In this document: piece after piece, positions 12,390-24,647 of the stretch
Layout of the letters: every line of letters begins with the position of its first letter
Numbering within the stretch: position 1 is the first letter of the stretch
Assembly (NCBI GenBank): GCA_010093995.1
Contig: ML992506.1
Coordinates: 851,196 to 915,195 of the forward strand
Length of the DNA stretch: 64,000 bases
From: Elsinoe ampelina
Lineage: Eukaryota
Reading direction: 5' to 3'
Notes under the pieces: model-generated
What the model saw: the letters and a program-made list of their open reading frames with translations, nothing else
Told to the model about the DNA's origin: nothing
The model's database searches: none
Made by a program: the position numbers and the translations under genes

Positions 12390-13139
12390 ATGAGTTGTGC
12401 TGATTTCACAGGTCGCAAGCTGGTCCAGCAAGCTATTCAGAACAAGCACTACCGGCAGGGATACACATCGACAGACGAAACCATATACCACGTCCGTTTC
12501 AAAATGCATGATGACTATCTTGACAACCGGGATCGTATCGAGCACAATCTCTCCAGGTGTCCCTTCTTCCAGCTTCCGCGTGAGCTGCGTGATCGCATCT
12601 GGAACCAGTACTTCGAGGACAATTACGATTTCCAGAACGGCATCATCCCGATCCTATACGTTTGTCGCCTCATACGCGAAGAGTGCTTCCTACTCTTCGT
12701 CAACAGGTATCAACCAAAGGTGATGGCGCCGACGATGTATGTTCGTTGGAAGACCTATCAGGATCCTGCGGCCGGCATCAAGGCGCCTACGATGTTTCTG
12801 CTCGACAAGCACGAGGAGATCATAGGGTTTCAGATGTCCTTCTATCGTGCAGCCATAGCCAATAGTCCTCGATTCGCGGTGCAGCTGGACTTCTTCTGTG
12901 TCGATGATGGAAGAGCTGTGCAGTCTGGCATCGGAAACTTGGACTCGGGGTTGAGGTTGGGACGGCCTGGCATACTTGAGCTTGCCCGATGCATCCTCAA
13001 CGGAGCGCTTTCGGTCAGGCCTGGTCATCTCAGCATGGAAAGTGTGCAGGCTATCTACGATTACGCTGCCAAGGCAGCATTGTGCGCCCCGTTGACCACT
13101 TTCGGCTACGTGAGGCACGACTTTGACTACACGTTCTGA
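12390..13139 (+). CDS. Hypothetical protein with an F-box-like N-terminal motif
   Basis: 249 aa ORF with SRCPFFQLPRELRDRIWNQYF and ILYVCRLIREEC, typical of fungal F-box-like proteins. Confidence 0.7.
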   Translation: MSCADFTGRKLVQQAIQNKHYRQGYTSTDETIYHVRFKMHDDYLDNRDRIEHNLSRCPFFQLPRELRDRIWNQYFEDNYDFQNGIIPILYVCRLIREECFLLFVNRYQPKVMAPTMYVRWKTYQDPAAGIKAPTMFLLDKHEEIIGFQMSFYRAAIANSPRFAVQLDFFCVDDGRAVQSGIGNLDSGLRLGRPGILELARCILNGALSVRPGHLSMESVQAIYDYAAKAALCAPLTTFGYVRHDFDYTF

Positions 13140-13569
13140 TCTGCGAGAATGATGCATACAAGCGACAAAAGCAATAACATCATTGCGTGAGAGACCATCG
13201 TGGCCAGCGAATAACAAAGGGCTCGCGAGTCAGGAGAACCAGAAATGTGAACATGGTCAATTGCTAAAGACAAAAGGCTGGGACGGAAATTTCAAGATCA
13301 CATGGCTATTTCACTTTTGCTACATCGCATGCGCCACCAAGTACGATAGGTCGGTCATTCAAGAATGAGACAAGATCCAAATTGCATCTCAATCCCCGAA
13401 CAGACTTGCCTGAACAGTCCCATCCAGTCTCTTTGATGCGTAGGCACTGTGCCGAGTGCATCACTGCTTCCCAATCGATCAATAATCCGTGGCGCCCTGA
13501 GATCAATCCCGATCCTTGCACATTGTCTTCCACCTGCCTTGCGATACGCCCCGACCCTCGGGTAGAGCT

Positions 13570-13779
13570 TTAACGCAAGATCACAAGAGGCATCCGCGGC
13601 GAAGGCACTTCCACAGAAGTAGGCACCGGGTCCGGCAGCCCAGTCAGGAAGTGACAGTCCGGCTCCGGGAGGCAGCGGCATACAAATTTGTTCTGTTTGA
13701 GGCAATCGCAGCATGTCTGGGCCGTGACGAGGGTGGTCGCGCCCATGGCCAGAGCTGCGAAGATATTGATGGGCTTCAT
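13570..13779 (-). CDS. Small secreted cysteine-rich protein (effector candidate), 69 aa, possibly truncated by a premature stop
   Basis: Signal-peptide-like MKPINIFAALAMGATTLVTA followed by QTCCDCLKQNKFVCRCLPEPDC (6 Cys). Confidence 0.6.
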   Translation of the reverse strand: MKPINIFAALAMGATTLVTAQTCCDCLKQNKFVCRCLPEPDCHFLTGLPDPVPTSVEVPSPRMPLVILR

Positions 13780-16700
13780 GGTGTTCAGAGGGGCGTGTTC
13801 GACCACTTAGAAGGGTGGACTGCTTGTCGTGGTGCCGTGAATGGTTTCTGGTGCTGTTCGGTCCGTTTTTGGTGAGGTGAGGCGAAGATCTGCTGATAAC
13901 GCCAATGATAGACACTTCGAGGTGGTGAAGAGCGCGTATGAAGGAAGTGTAGGGAGTCCCTTGCTCTTGAGGTTTGCTTCCTCCAGTTTTGTTGAGGCAT
14001 GGTGCATACGCTTTCGCGCCTGCTTTTGCTTTTGTGAGTATATAGAAACTAAGCTCGACAAGGTCGAATTCGTGTATAGTGGAGTTCAATTTCATAATGA
14101 TAATCGAACTGGGATTGTCAACAGGCCGCATGTGGACCACATGTTTTACCAAAAAGTCTAGATGTGGAGTTGTAACCTCGATAGCTGATAGCAGACTCTT
14201 CTAGGTGTCCTAAGCATTGCCCACATCTGCATGATAGGTCACTTACCGTCCATAGTCCGGTACCTTGACGCGTCGTTGCTGGCGGTCATCTCGTACCATT
14301 TGGTCTGCGAACCTTGCGAGATCGTTGCAAATGGTTCCAGTACAATCGTCATCAAGAAACGCGATGGATCTCTCGATACGGATGAATGCGACAGAAGAGA
14401 TCTCCTGCTTACCTGACTAGCGCAAGACCTACTCGTTCATGTGTCCTGGAACTTGATGTCCTTATTGGAATTCTCCCACTCCATAGACGCTCATCTACGC
14501 ATCTCTGCGACCACGACATTGTCTTCGACGACTGCCGATTCGCCGAGTACCAATGCCAAATGAAGTTCCGAGGCGGTCGCTCATAAGGTGAGGTTGAATG
14601 TCATGCGTCCAGTGGGTCCATGTATTGACAAATCGCTTCCATTGCCCTCCTTTTTTCCTCGTGCTCTTTTGGAATGCAGTAGCGTCCGTGCTGTTCTGCG
14701 AACCGGTGATCGGGGGTAGTGTTCGTCGTAGTTACTGCGTTCTTAGATTTGTGACTGGCTAATGTAGCGCTTGAAGGTGGTTTGTAGCCTATGCAGAAGG
14801 GCAGAAGGAAAGAATCAAAGAAGGATGTAGTGGTCTGAAGGTCGACAGCACCACATCTCCTGACCGCGCCGCAAGGCACACGGGAAGGATGCCGAGAACA
14901 TGAGCTGAAGCGAGTGCTGAGTATGAACGCGTCCATTGGTCATGTATGCTTCAACGGGCTCGCAGTACATGGCCAAAGCATGACCCCAATGATGATGAAA
15001 GCCGTCGAGGAGACTGCACCCTCGAAAGTTACTAAGCTGATCAAATCGCCTGCCGGTCTCGCTGACACAGCTCTGTGTGAAAGCTGAGCATGGGAGCTTG
15101 AAGATCCCGGAAAAGCCTGAACCAAATGGGGGCTTTGATGACTCCACAATAATCAGCTTCTCAAACACAATGACAACCAAAGCCCAAGGTTCACTAGAGC
15201 GCACATTGCTTGTGCTCGACTCTCGCGGTTAAGACACCCCACGGCAGGCTTCTGCTCTACACGCGTTCAGCAAGGACGCTCATCTCTGATTACCCTCAGC
15301 TGACCCGGAAGCTCTTCTGACGCCCGGTCGATGCTCCACCTGGTGGTAAGCGAACAGGATTCAGCTGATCTGTGCGCTGGCTCGATTGATGATACATCCC
15401 ACGCTGTCTGGAGGGCGGCACGGGGAAGCATGACCCGCAACAAGGAATGCTTTGCCTCTTCGGCTTGGTCGATGATCTTTGTCAAGTATTTCTTTCGACG
15501 TGTCTCTTGCATAAAGTTTGGCGCTGCATGAAGCATCAGCCATTCGCATGTCTATCCTCCCTGGCATAGAGTTGTTGTATTGATGCATGCCCCATGCCTG
15601 CCCCATGCCTGCCTAGCTGCTGCACTGCGTTCGACGGCCTGCCGGCTACTGCAAGTGTCCTGTTGCCAGTGATGATGCGACGTCACGCGGGCTTGTGTAT
15701 GCCCTATAGCGAGCTGACGACTTCCAGCGTTAAGCTCATCAGCTGAGTGTCACAATGAAGTGGCTTCTGTGTTCCGCTGTCTCAATGGCAGATGCCCAGC
15801 TGATGTCAAAGCAATCTCGCTCATCAGCTCAGGGATCCGCCATATAAGCTGATGGGCCATCAAAGTATGACATGCTGAGCTCTTCTACTACTTGTCCCCA
15901 TGGGCGCGTGAAGTCTGGTCCACCGTTTTGAAGGTAAATTCAGTTTGTTCTCGATCAGTACCTAGCGCGACGGGCACAACAACCAGACGTTAGATGAATG
16001 CCTGGTTTTGGTTCGGTAATCCGTCTGATTTTCAATCGTGACCTGTCCAACGGTGATCTGCTGGACGTTCGAAATGGCCTAGTATTCGTCTGTCATCGAC
16101 GTGGGCATGTGGAAGTCACCGTGGAGGCGACTGAAGAGCTTCAGATGCGCTTGCAAGTGAACTCCGATATCGGCTTCGACCTCAAGGCTTCTCCTCAGGG
16201 CAGAATCACAGTCGAATTATTGATTTCAGGAACGTTGACAAGCCAGTAAGTTGGACCACGCCATGCGAAGTCAGTGAATTGATGACAAGGATCATTGCGA
16301 TCTGATGACGGAATCATTGTGAGCTGATTCTAGTCGCAATTTTCGTGAGCCGCAGCTACCACTGCTGTATAGACTCGTGACTACCAATACAACCTTATAA
16401 GCTGATATGTAGCTACTTGACCTGAAGTGGAAGCATGGTCAGACAGTGAGCTTACTCACGTGCGCATCTAGTGCATCCTTCAACGCGATTCTCCCTACAC
16501 CCTACAACCCATCCTGATCTGCCATAGCATGGCTACACTTGACATTGCTACATGGTCGAGTACATTCTTCAGCGTTGTACTTTGGAATGACATCTTGACA
16601 CCTTGCACCTGAAGGGCCGAAGTGGGTGGATACGGTAGTCTCATCTTTAGAAAGTGTATACGGAGTTGTTTAACAGTGTAAAACACTTACTCCATCAGCG

Positions 16701-18953
16701 TACTTACCCGGAACAAGATCCTGTCCATGCATGTACGCAGGTTGAGTTCTGGCTGCTTTGTTGCTCTCGAATAGCTCCATGAGCAACGGTGGTCAGGCAG
16801 TACAGCATCTACTGCTACCACAGCTCAGGAGCCCTCCATAGGAGGGTGTATGATGCACAGTGCTTGACAGCATTCTCTTTGTGACCCCTCGCAAGCGCGA
16901 CGACTTGTCTTTCCACCTTTTCCTCGTACCAGAAGGAGTCGAACAGGAAGTCTTGTGGGGACTGGGTCTGGCTCTTGAACATCGCTCAGGCGCGACCAAA
17001 TCTTCGTTGTGCTTGTCCCGCTTGGACAGGAACACAGTGAGGAGAGTAAAGCTGCTCCTGTCTGTATAGCTGCCAAGAGATAGCGTCGAAGGGTGAAGTC
17101 CTCGTGTGAAGGTTCGAGGTCAGTCTGATGTGCGGCGCAGACCGTATCGCTCGAGGTTGGTTCTCAATCGGTTTGAGATGGCTGAAAGTCAGCCGTGCAC
17201 TTTCGGCGGGAATCAGCTGAGCTCAAACTTTGCTGACTCGTGAAGCGACCTGGCGAATAGGTTATAGTGACTATATTTTGCAGTAGTGTCATGTATGTGT
17301 TGGTCGAGCAAGGCCGGGAACGAAGCAGGGATTGCTCAGGGAGAGAACGGCGGTGTGTCCCGCGAGTCGATCAATGCTGCACAAGGTTGATGGAAACACG
17401 AACGGGGCGGATATGCTCCGGGTCTGCAAGACAAGAACTAAGCCTGCCCTGACCGCAACACATACAGACGATGAGAGAAGGCTCTCGCGTGGAGCTTGTG
17501 GAGAATTGAAGATACTGGCCTACGAAGCAAGTTCTCGTGCCGATGCCAGGGGTCGTTGTTGGAGATTTGGTAGGCTATCCGGTAGGCTAACGCGCCGGAC
17601 ATCTTTCCCGTCTACTTTGATCGTGAGTCGAGCGAGAAGCCACGTGAACGTTTGTCGCCCGTGGAAAGTCGTGTCCGTGACGTTGTTGAATTGATGGTCC
17701 AGAGCTCGACCCGTGCCGCAAAGGATGCCCAAGTCCCTGCAATCTTGACCCGACTTCATCGTTGCTTCTTCACAACAACGTCTCGTGGCGCGATTACTCC
17801 CTCGCAGCGGCTGCACAGCGAGTAGCGGGGACGCGTCTGTGAGCAGTTGAGACTACTGCAAGTGGTGAGTCTGGCGTTCGTAATGCAAGGATCCCGCTAA
17901 CATTTCCGACAGGTCATCCCTTCTGGCCATATCGAGCGGAGTCATCGACAGAAGCTAGAGCATGCAACAGAACGGCACATTCTGTCAGAAAATCGTCGGA
18001 CCGGAGTTCCCTTACACGTCGATGGCAGTTGCAGTGCATGCTTTAGTGTCATGCGCCAACGCAAGCTAGCCCGTCGGTACCTCGAAGCTGTGTACCTGCA
18101 ACGCACCCGGAATGGCATTCTGGCTATGTCGAAGGCTACAATCAGCTGATGATGCTCCATGCGATTCTGGACGAGTCGTTTGTGTCGCTTCTCATCGTCC
18201 CCTGGTGCTTTGGGCCAAGATGAATATCGTTCGAGCATCTGCGAAGGTACCAGGATTGTATTCTGATCAAGAGTCTCGGCCTGCGGGTGCGTCAGCGGTG
18301 TCAATACCGATTCAGTGTCAAGTGATGCGCTCGTTACCTCTCCGCCGCAACGCTTTCGCCACCAGCCGCGGCTCGGTACCTCGCCATCCTATTTCACTTG
18401 ATGGTTTGAGGTACATCGGCGACAAGTTCATGATGGGTGTCGCGGGTACTGACAACTGGGGTCACCGTCGTGATGTGTGGTGAAGTTCAAGGTGAGTCAA
18501 GTGTTGCTTGTGGGTTGGGGTTCAGACGGCGCACACGTTTGTTCTCGCCGGTCGTCGAACGGTTTCAACCAGAGCGGCATCGGTCAGCAGCGAGATCTAC
18601 CATGGGAAGCTCAGCAAAGCAATAACGGAACACTATGTGCAGTGCTTCCCTGTCGCGGCCGTCCGATCATGTGCATTCGGCATGGGGCCAGACCTCGAGC
18701 TTGGCACGAACACTGCTGTAATCCTTTTGCCATTTTGTCGGGTCCCAGCGATGACGATGATGCTGGTCCTCGCTCCTCTACCATGAAACAGAGTCAGATC
18801 TCACGATAGAAGGTATTTCTCGATAAGTATGGTGTGAATGGTTTGTATTGGAAATTGTGACCGGGAAGCGGAGCGGAAAAGATCTGCACAACCACTTTCG
18901 ACTTGATCTTGTGGCAAGCACGCATGAATGATCATCACAACGTTCCGCACGCC

Positions 18954-19877
18954 TTACTGTCCGGCATACTCATCTGAGAGCCTGACTTCTCCCGAAGCGA
19001 TCAACATCTTCAACCTCCTCTGCTGCTGCCACGCCGCTTCGGCCCAAGGACCCAGTCGCCGCCTGTCGTTCTCGTCGTCGAGCGGCCCCGTGAGTAGCAG
19101 CCGTTGACACATTATCAGCTGACTCGTCGCCGCCTGTAAGATAGCAGCTGTGTTGTGTTTCCGACGCTCATCGTGGCCGTTGCCTCCGGCGTGCTTGTCT
19201 CCTTCTGGCCAGCAGTCGAAGCCTGTTGCGTGAACAGCATCTTCGAGAGTCTTGAAACTGTCCCGCGTCGCGCCTCGATCTTTCCTCTGCTTTATATTGC
19301 GAGGTTTATCGTGTGGGTCTGGTCCGTTCTTCGATTCACCATGGCTCTGGCTGTGGTTGACCGCAGGTGTACGATTTGCTTTGTTTGACGGCTTTCCTCT
19401 CCCATGCGTGATGGGCTCGGTCAGAGTCGACCATTGCACATCTGCGAACGTCTGTGTTTGTGTTCCAGACGTCAGCGGGGCAACACTTGGGGTTGGAGAA
19501 GGGTAAGCTTGGTCCGCATGCTGGTGTTTGGCGGTGGCAGATGCTATCGCCAAGCTGTTCGGGGGTGCGTGATGCTGTGGAATAGAGTGCGCCACGACAG
19601 TGTAGTTGGTTTGATCATGAGGAAGCCCAGTATGGTAGGGCAGGGTATATGAATGAGTCTGTAAAGTCTGCTGAGACAATGGGATTTCGGTCTCGACGAC
19701 ATGTGAAGGAGCTGTTGTCGAGCTGGAGGACAAGTGGGACACCGGACGACGACGATGTGGATACAGTTGCTCATGCACGCTGTGTTGCGAGTGAACCCGC
19801 CTGTGCCGCTCGTGGGACCTGCCCTGTTTGCGTTTCGGTCGCTCGGCAGGATGGTGGATCAGATCCCGGATCTTCAT
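18954..19877 (-). CDS. Orphan protein, 307 aa, with a degenerate bHLH-like C-terminal region
   Basis: CAAAATG start context and long ORF. Contains RNIKQRKDRGATRDSFKTLEDAV...KHNTAAILQAATSQL. Confidence 0.65.
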   Translation of the reverse strand: MKIRDLIHHPAERPKRKQGRSHERHRRVHSQHSVHEQLYPHRRRPVSHLSSSSTTAPSHVVETEIPLSQQTLQTHSYTLPYHTGLPHDQTNYTVVAHSIPQHHAPPNSLAIASATAKHQHADQAYPSPTPSVAPLTSGTQTQTFADVQWSTLTEPITHGRGKPSNKANRTPAVNHSQSHGESKNGPDPHDKPRNIKQRKDRGATRDSFKTLEDAVHATGFDCWPEGDKHAGGNGHDERRKHNTAAILQAATSQLIMCQRLLLTGPLDDENDRRRLGPWAEAAWQQQRRLKMLIASGEVRLSDEYAGQ

Positions 19878-21657
19878 TTTGAGTAAATCACCTTGACCTG
19901 GTGCTTCTTGAGGAGATACGAGCGATTAGAAGGGAACGAAATGCCAACGACTGCTTATTGGAATGTAAGAACCTACCTCTCTTCTCTGTCGAGACGTCGA
20001 GTCGACCGTCGCTATAAACGAGACTGAACCCAGGTTACACAAACATCTCTCGGGCTTGTACTGACACGTCGAAAAGTACGGCAGAAGGCGTTGAGACTCG
20101 AGCATTGTGGTGATCGACGGGTCGTAGCCTGGTAGACGGAACCTTCCGGGCCGGACGCACTCCTTGCATGCTGGCTTTTTGTCGGCTGACAGGATCTACT
20201 GCTCGACGAGGGGAAGACGGCTTAATGGCACGCGTCGAATGAGATGCAAGAAAGTACTTCCGAGACATGACAGTCTCGCCCGCGGCGGGATTGACTGATG
20301 GCAACAACTTGACCCCCCCCCCCCCGGACCATGTGGCTTTCAGCAACAAGATATGTTGGAAAAGATGTCTAGTTGTTCTAAGGGTGAGAAGCGGCGTATG
20401 CTTCAATCCCACTTTGGATTCTGAAAATCTACCAAGAGACGTCGGGGGAAATTGCACATGCATGCTACACGTCAAGCTCGGTGAGGCGGATCCGTCTCGC
20501 ATCCTGCATGCGACTCCACTCATGCAGAGCTTGCAGATGCGGGATGTGAGTTGAGCATGGGCTTTACCGGGCTGGTGGCAGGCATGTACCTCGTATGCGT
20601 CATATCGCTTGGCCTTCAGGGTACAATTCTCGACAAAGCTAGTCTGCGTTGACAGACACTCATCAACAAGCGATGCAAGGGTGAGCCATTTTTGCACTGC
20701 TTTGGGCCTGGTTCGCATGGGAGATGACAATGGCGTTTACATCATTCGACAATCGAAGGACGGGAACTAATCCGGCCGCACGAATGCTTGTAGATCTCGC
20801 GCCGCAATCGAAGCTTGCCTAGCCGGGTCGACCCAATCGATGGGTGCCTCACAAGGTAGAGGACGTACCAACTCCTTTTCGGGGACTGATAACCCCAAAG
20901 GTTCGACCGTGGCACAAGGGCGTTCAGAAGTGGGAGGACACAAGACGTCGGTGGCTAATGAGGATCAGACAAGGAGGAGAATGACCATGATCGATCAGTG
21001 AACCGGCAAAAATACTCGTGACCGCGTGCATATGCGCGGGAGAGTCTCGGGTGACAATCCACAATCTGTAGGATTTGGAGGAATGCTCGAGCGGGTGTAG
21101 TGCAATGCTCTATCACTTGCGAGTATCAGTCCGTCAGATCGCTCGGCAGACTCTCGGCGCCCCAATGTACACCCGCGCGCTCCCCGTAGCCAATAGTCAA
21201 ATGCGCGCATATGCCTTCTACTAATAAGGCCTCACCGCCTAATCTTACCTTACTCATGGACACCTGCAAGGTTCCTGCAAGGGTTCCACAAGGCTAGATA
21301 GAATCGTCGAACCTTGTAGCTCAGGTCTAAATGCAGCCTGACAAGATTGTACATCTACCACTCGCGTTCCTCAAACGGCGAGCATTGGCAAGTTGCTCGA
21401 CAGGTCGTTATCGGCGGCGAAGAAATTTGACATTCAGGGCCTGTCGTTCACACGCTCAGCCTAGGACGGAAAACTTCGAGGTCAAAGTGGGGAATTTGCG
21501 GGGTCGCGGCTCAAGTGATTGGCCTGCAAACCGAATGCAGTCAGGTGGGGCATGTGTGATATACTTTCCCACGTGGCTCGCTCGCTGTGATCGGCTACTC
21601 GACCGCGAATGACGCGACAGAAGATCTTTCTGGAGCGAGAAATTACCATTCGAGTTA

Positions 21658-22185
21658 CTACTTCTGCATAGACAGCGACCTTTTCCTCTCCTCCACGACG
21701 TCGTCATCAAAACCCTGTCTTTTGGAAGTATGAAGGTGAATGGCTGCAACTCGAGCCTTATCGAATACATCTTGCTCAGCCTCGTTGAAAGGCTCTATCT
21801 CTGAGAGGAGTATTCTCCAGAACAGATGCATAAAGACCACATCCGCCGACAGGTTGCTGCTCTTCTCGTACTCGAGCTCGCAAATCGTCTTGCCGTCTTT
21901 TCGCTTGGATTGCTTGTTGCCTTTTGTCTGATATTTGCCTACAAAGCCACAGCGCCGATTGATATTCTCGAGAAATTTCATGGCCACACCATGATCGTAT
22001 CTGAGGCGTCGGTCGCTGGCGTTTTTCTTTCCCGTACCACTGTTAGCCTCCTCCGAGACGTCATCGGGTCCCATTGAACGCGTTGGCGAGTCGCTTCGGG
22101 AGTCGAGATAATATTGATATATGGCATCCATGTCTGTGTCTGTGAGGCGCCATATGGAAGCAAGGCTAGGGATCTGATGCGTCAT
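21658..22185 (-). CDS. Orphan protein, 175 aa, with a weak bHLH-like basic-helix pattern
   Basis: GCCATG start. Contains KKNASDRRLRYDHGVAMKFLENI...YEKSSNLSADVVFM. A TATAA lies upstream on the minus strand near 22377-22381. Confidence 0.55.
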   Translation of the reverse strand: MTHQIPSLASIWRLTDTDMDAIYQYYLDSRSDSPTRSMGPDDVSEEANSGTGKKNASDRRLRYDHGVAMKFLENINRRCGFVGKYQTKGNKQSKRKDGKTICELEYEKSSNLSADVVFMHLFWRILLSEIEPFNEAEQDVFDKARVAAIHLHTSKRQGFDDDVVEERKRSLSMQK

Positions 22186-24647
22186 GGCGCGTGCTGTATC
22201 TGCTGCTCAAGCAAGCCGGGATCGGGCCGAGGAGAATTGAGGGCGTATGCGGGTGGACCGGTGGACACTCTCTGGTGAGGTAGAGAACTCCGGATGCCGT
22301 CGTGCGTTCTGGACAGTGAAAGATATCGTTCTCGATAATGATCTTGAGCACTTGAGATTACAGACAAATCACCTTCTTATAACTCCATTCAGCGCCTCGA
22401 GAGACATCTGAAGCCATAGTTACACAAAACAGAAAAAAGACGACGAGCTGCTGCCGTGTCACAGGCACTATGTGTGGTCCCAATTATACTTGGAAGATGG
22501 TTCCATTGCAGCCGGACGAGCTATGGATCTTCGACAAGTCGACCTGCAGCGTAGAAACGGGATGCCTGGTGGGGGTACGCGGGCTGGAACAAGGAACCGT
22601 GGGCGTCGTGCTCAGATGCTCAGATGCTCGAGCGGAGATATTGCGATCCACCATCAAGCAGCAAGGGAGGGCTCTAGGTTTCGATCGTCGTTGTTGACAC
22701 GTCAGAGTCCAGTTGTTCTCCTCGCTAGACACAGGTCATGCGATGGGGCTTCAGCACGAGCCAATCGCGGTCAGGTGCTTACTACGAAGAAGTCCGAAAT
22801 GATCTTGGATCATCAACCGACAAAATTCTCGAATCTCGGCTCGCTCCAGTGACAGCAAGGCCGGCTGGTACAATTCGACAAGGCAACGAGACCAGGTGCA
22901 TAGGCGTGGTCGAGGGCCAGCCACGTCTCGACAGGGTAGGTCCCAAAGTTTTCCCCATTCATATTGCGTGCATTGCTCTCAAACGGATTGCACGGCTCTG
23001 GGTTCCGTCTGGGCGATCCTTAAGCAAAGGGATGTACCGTCGACATTCGTCGTCTGCCTGGTCTCGATGATACGCCAGGGCAGTACATCAGCGGAGCTGG
23101 CAGGCGTGGGACAATGCAACGTTCAAGGGGCCGCTTCTTGATTGTATGAATGCCTTTCAGAGATGCTCGCATGAAGTCGAAGAGGCGGCGGCATGGGACC
23201 GGTGAAGAGCTGCATTAGCGTGGATCTAGGGCTGCAACAAGCATGCCGATGGCATTGCTGTCGTTCCCGGGTCGGCAATCTTTACCAAAGTATCAAGAGG
23301 ACAGAAGAAAAGCAGAAGTAAATTTCGGGAGAGGAACAGAAATATGAGATGTTGTAACCTGGTGGGTCGCGCTACTCACCCTGGTCACCGGTTGATCGTG
23401 CAGACGCCGCAAAGGCTGCGACGAGACATGAAGCCTTGCATGATCATCGAATGTCGTCCAGGAAAGTTGATGTGGAAGTCGCAAGTCGCTCTCCCTCTGC
23501 CTGTCAAATTTGATGACAATTGATCGACTATTGATGGAGCAATGCAAATTCAAGAAGAAGCCCACAAAGAGCCGCCCGGCAGAGCGCGCTGCATCTGCCA
23601 CGCTTCAGGAGGCGCCAACGTCATCGCACTTTGGCACGCCCAATTGCCCGAAAGCTCTAGGCCTTCCGTCGATGCCCAAGGCCCTGCAGCGTCGCTGTTG
23701 TATTGTTGCGAAAGACCGACTGGTAGAGGGATGTGAAGCAGTACGAAGAGTAGGAAGAAATCTGCACGCACCTCCCTCCAGCATCGAGATTTGGCACGTG
23801 ACTTTCGCGTTTCTCTGCAGTGACCAAATGCAATACAACCCCCGACTTGTTTCAGCCTCTGTATGTATCTTAGGGGAACCCAAACGACTCTCCGTGCGTG
23901 TTGCGTTGTACGCGCTCTTGAACCTTCAAGATAGTGTCGCCACATGTGCAGAGTAATAGCAGTACACACCAGAAATCGACCCGTGCCAAACGCTGTAATC
24001 GCATTCGCATCAGAACTGTGCTTGTCGACACGGTAAGCTTCGAATTGGTCAACTACAGGATCTAAATGATGTCGATATCGACAGCATTCAGCTTCGATGA
24101 TGCAGCTCATCGTTATTGGATCAGCCGCAACGATCACGTGACGGCGTTGTGGAACCTTGAAACGGACACGTCCGTGGTGAACGCGACCATCCTCCAGGTT
24201 TTTGTGTTATAGATCGGTGGTCAAGTGAACGACCGAGTCACCGGTGCTATTTTTGATCATTGATCAATGTACTGGGTGTAGCACATCGCAATATTGGCCA
24301 TCCATCGACAAGCACATGTATCAAGTTACGGACGACCTCGGTTGAGATTGAGAAATAGCAAACTTGATTCGTTTCAACAGCTAACCATGTATCTGAGTCT
24401 GATCCGTAAAGTGACCCTTGGGTATTGCATGCACCACAAAGATCTGCACGAAGACCCTTCACAACCCAAATCTTTCTGCTTGCTTGCTTTTCAAATGAGC
24501 GGAAGACCGCTGGCCGATCACTGTATTACTCTCGCCGAAGGGATGCACAGAGAAGATGTGTTCGAAGCGGTTTTGATCCGTTATTAGAGTGCTGCATGCG
24601 AAAAAAAACCCAACTGACATCATCGAAGAAAGACATGTACGACTTGC

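Noticed and set aside
20035..20730. 231 aa minus-strand ORF, and similar 150-195 aa ORFs at 23510-24137
   Set aside because: Non-ATG starts, no recognisable motifs and no coding-like composition. Probably intergenic.
20890..20930. GGTTCGA T-loop-like motif as a tRNA (also near 17111)
   Set aside because: No cloverleaf stems or A-box could be assembled around it.
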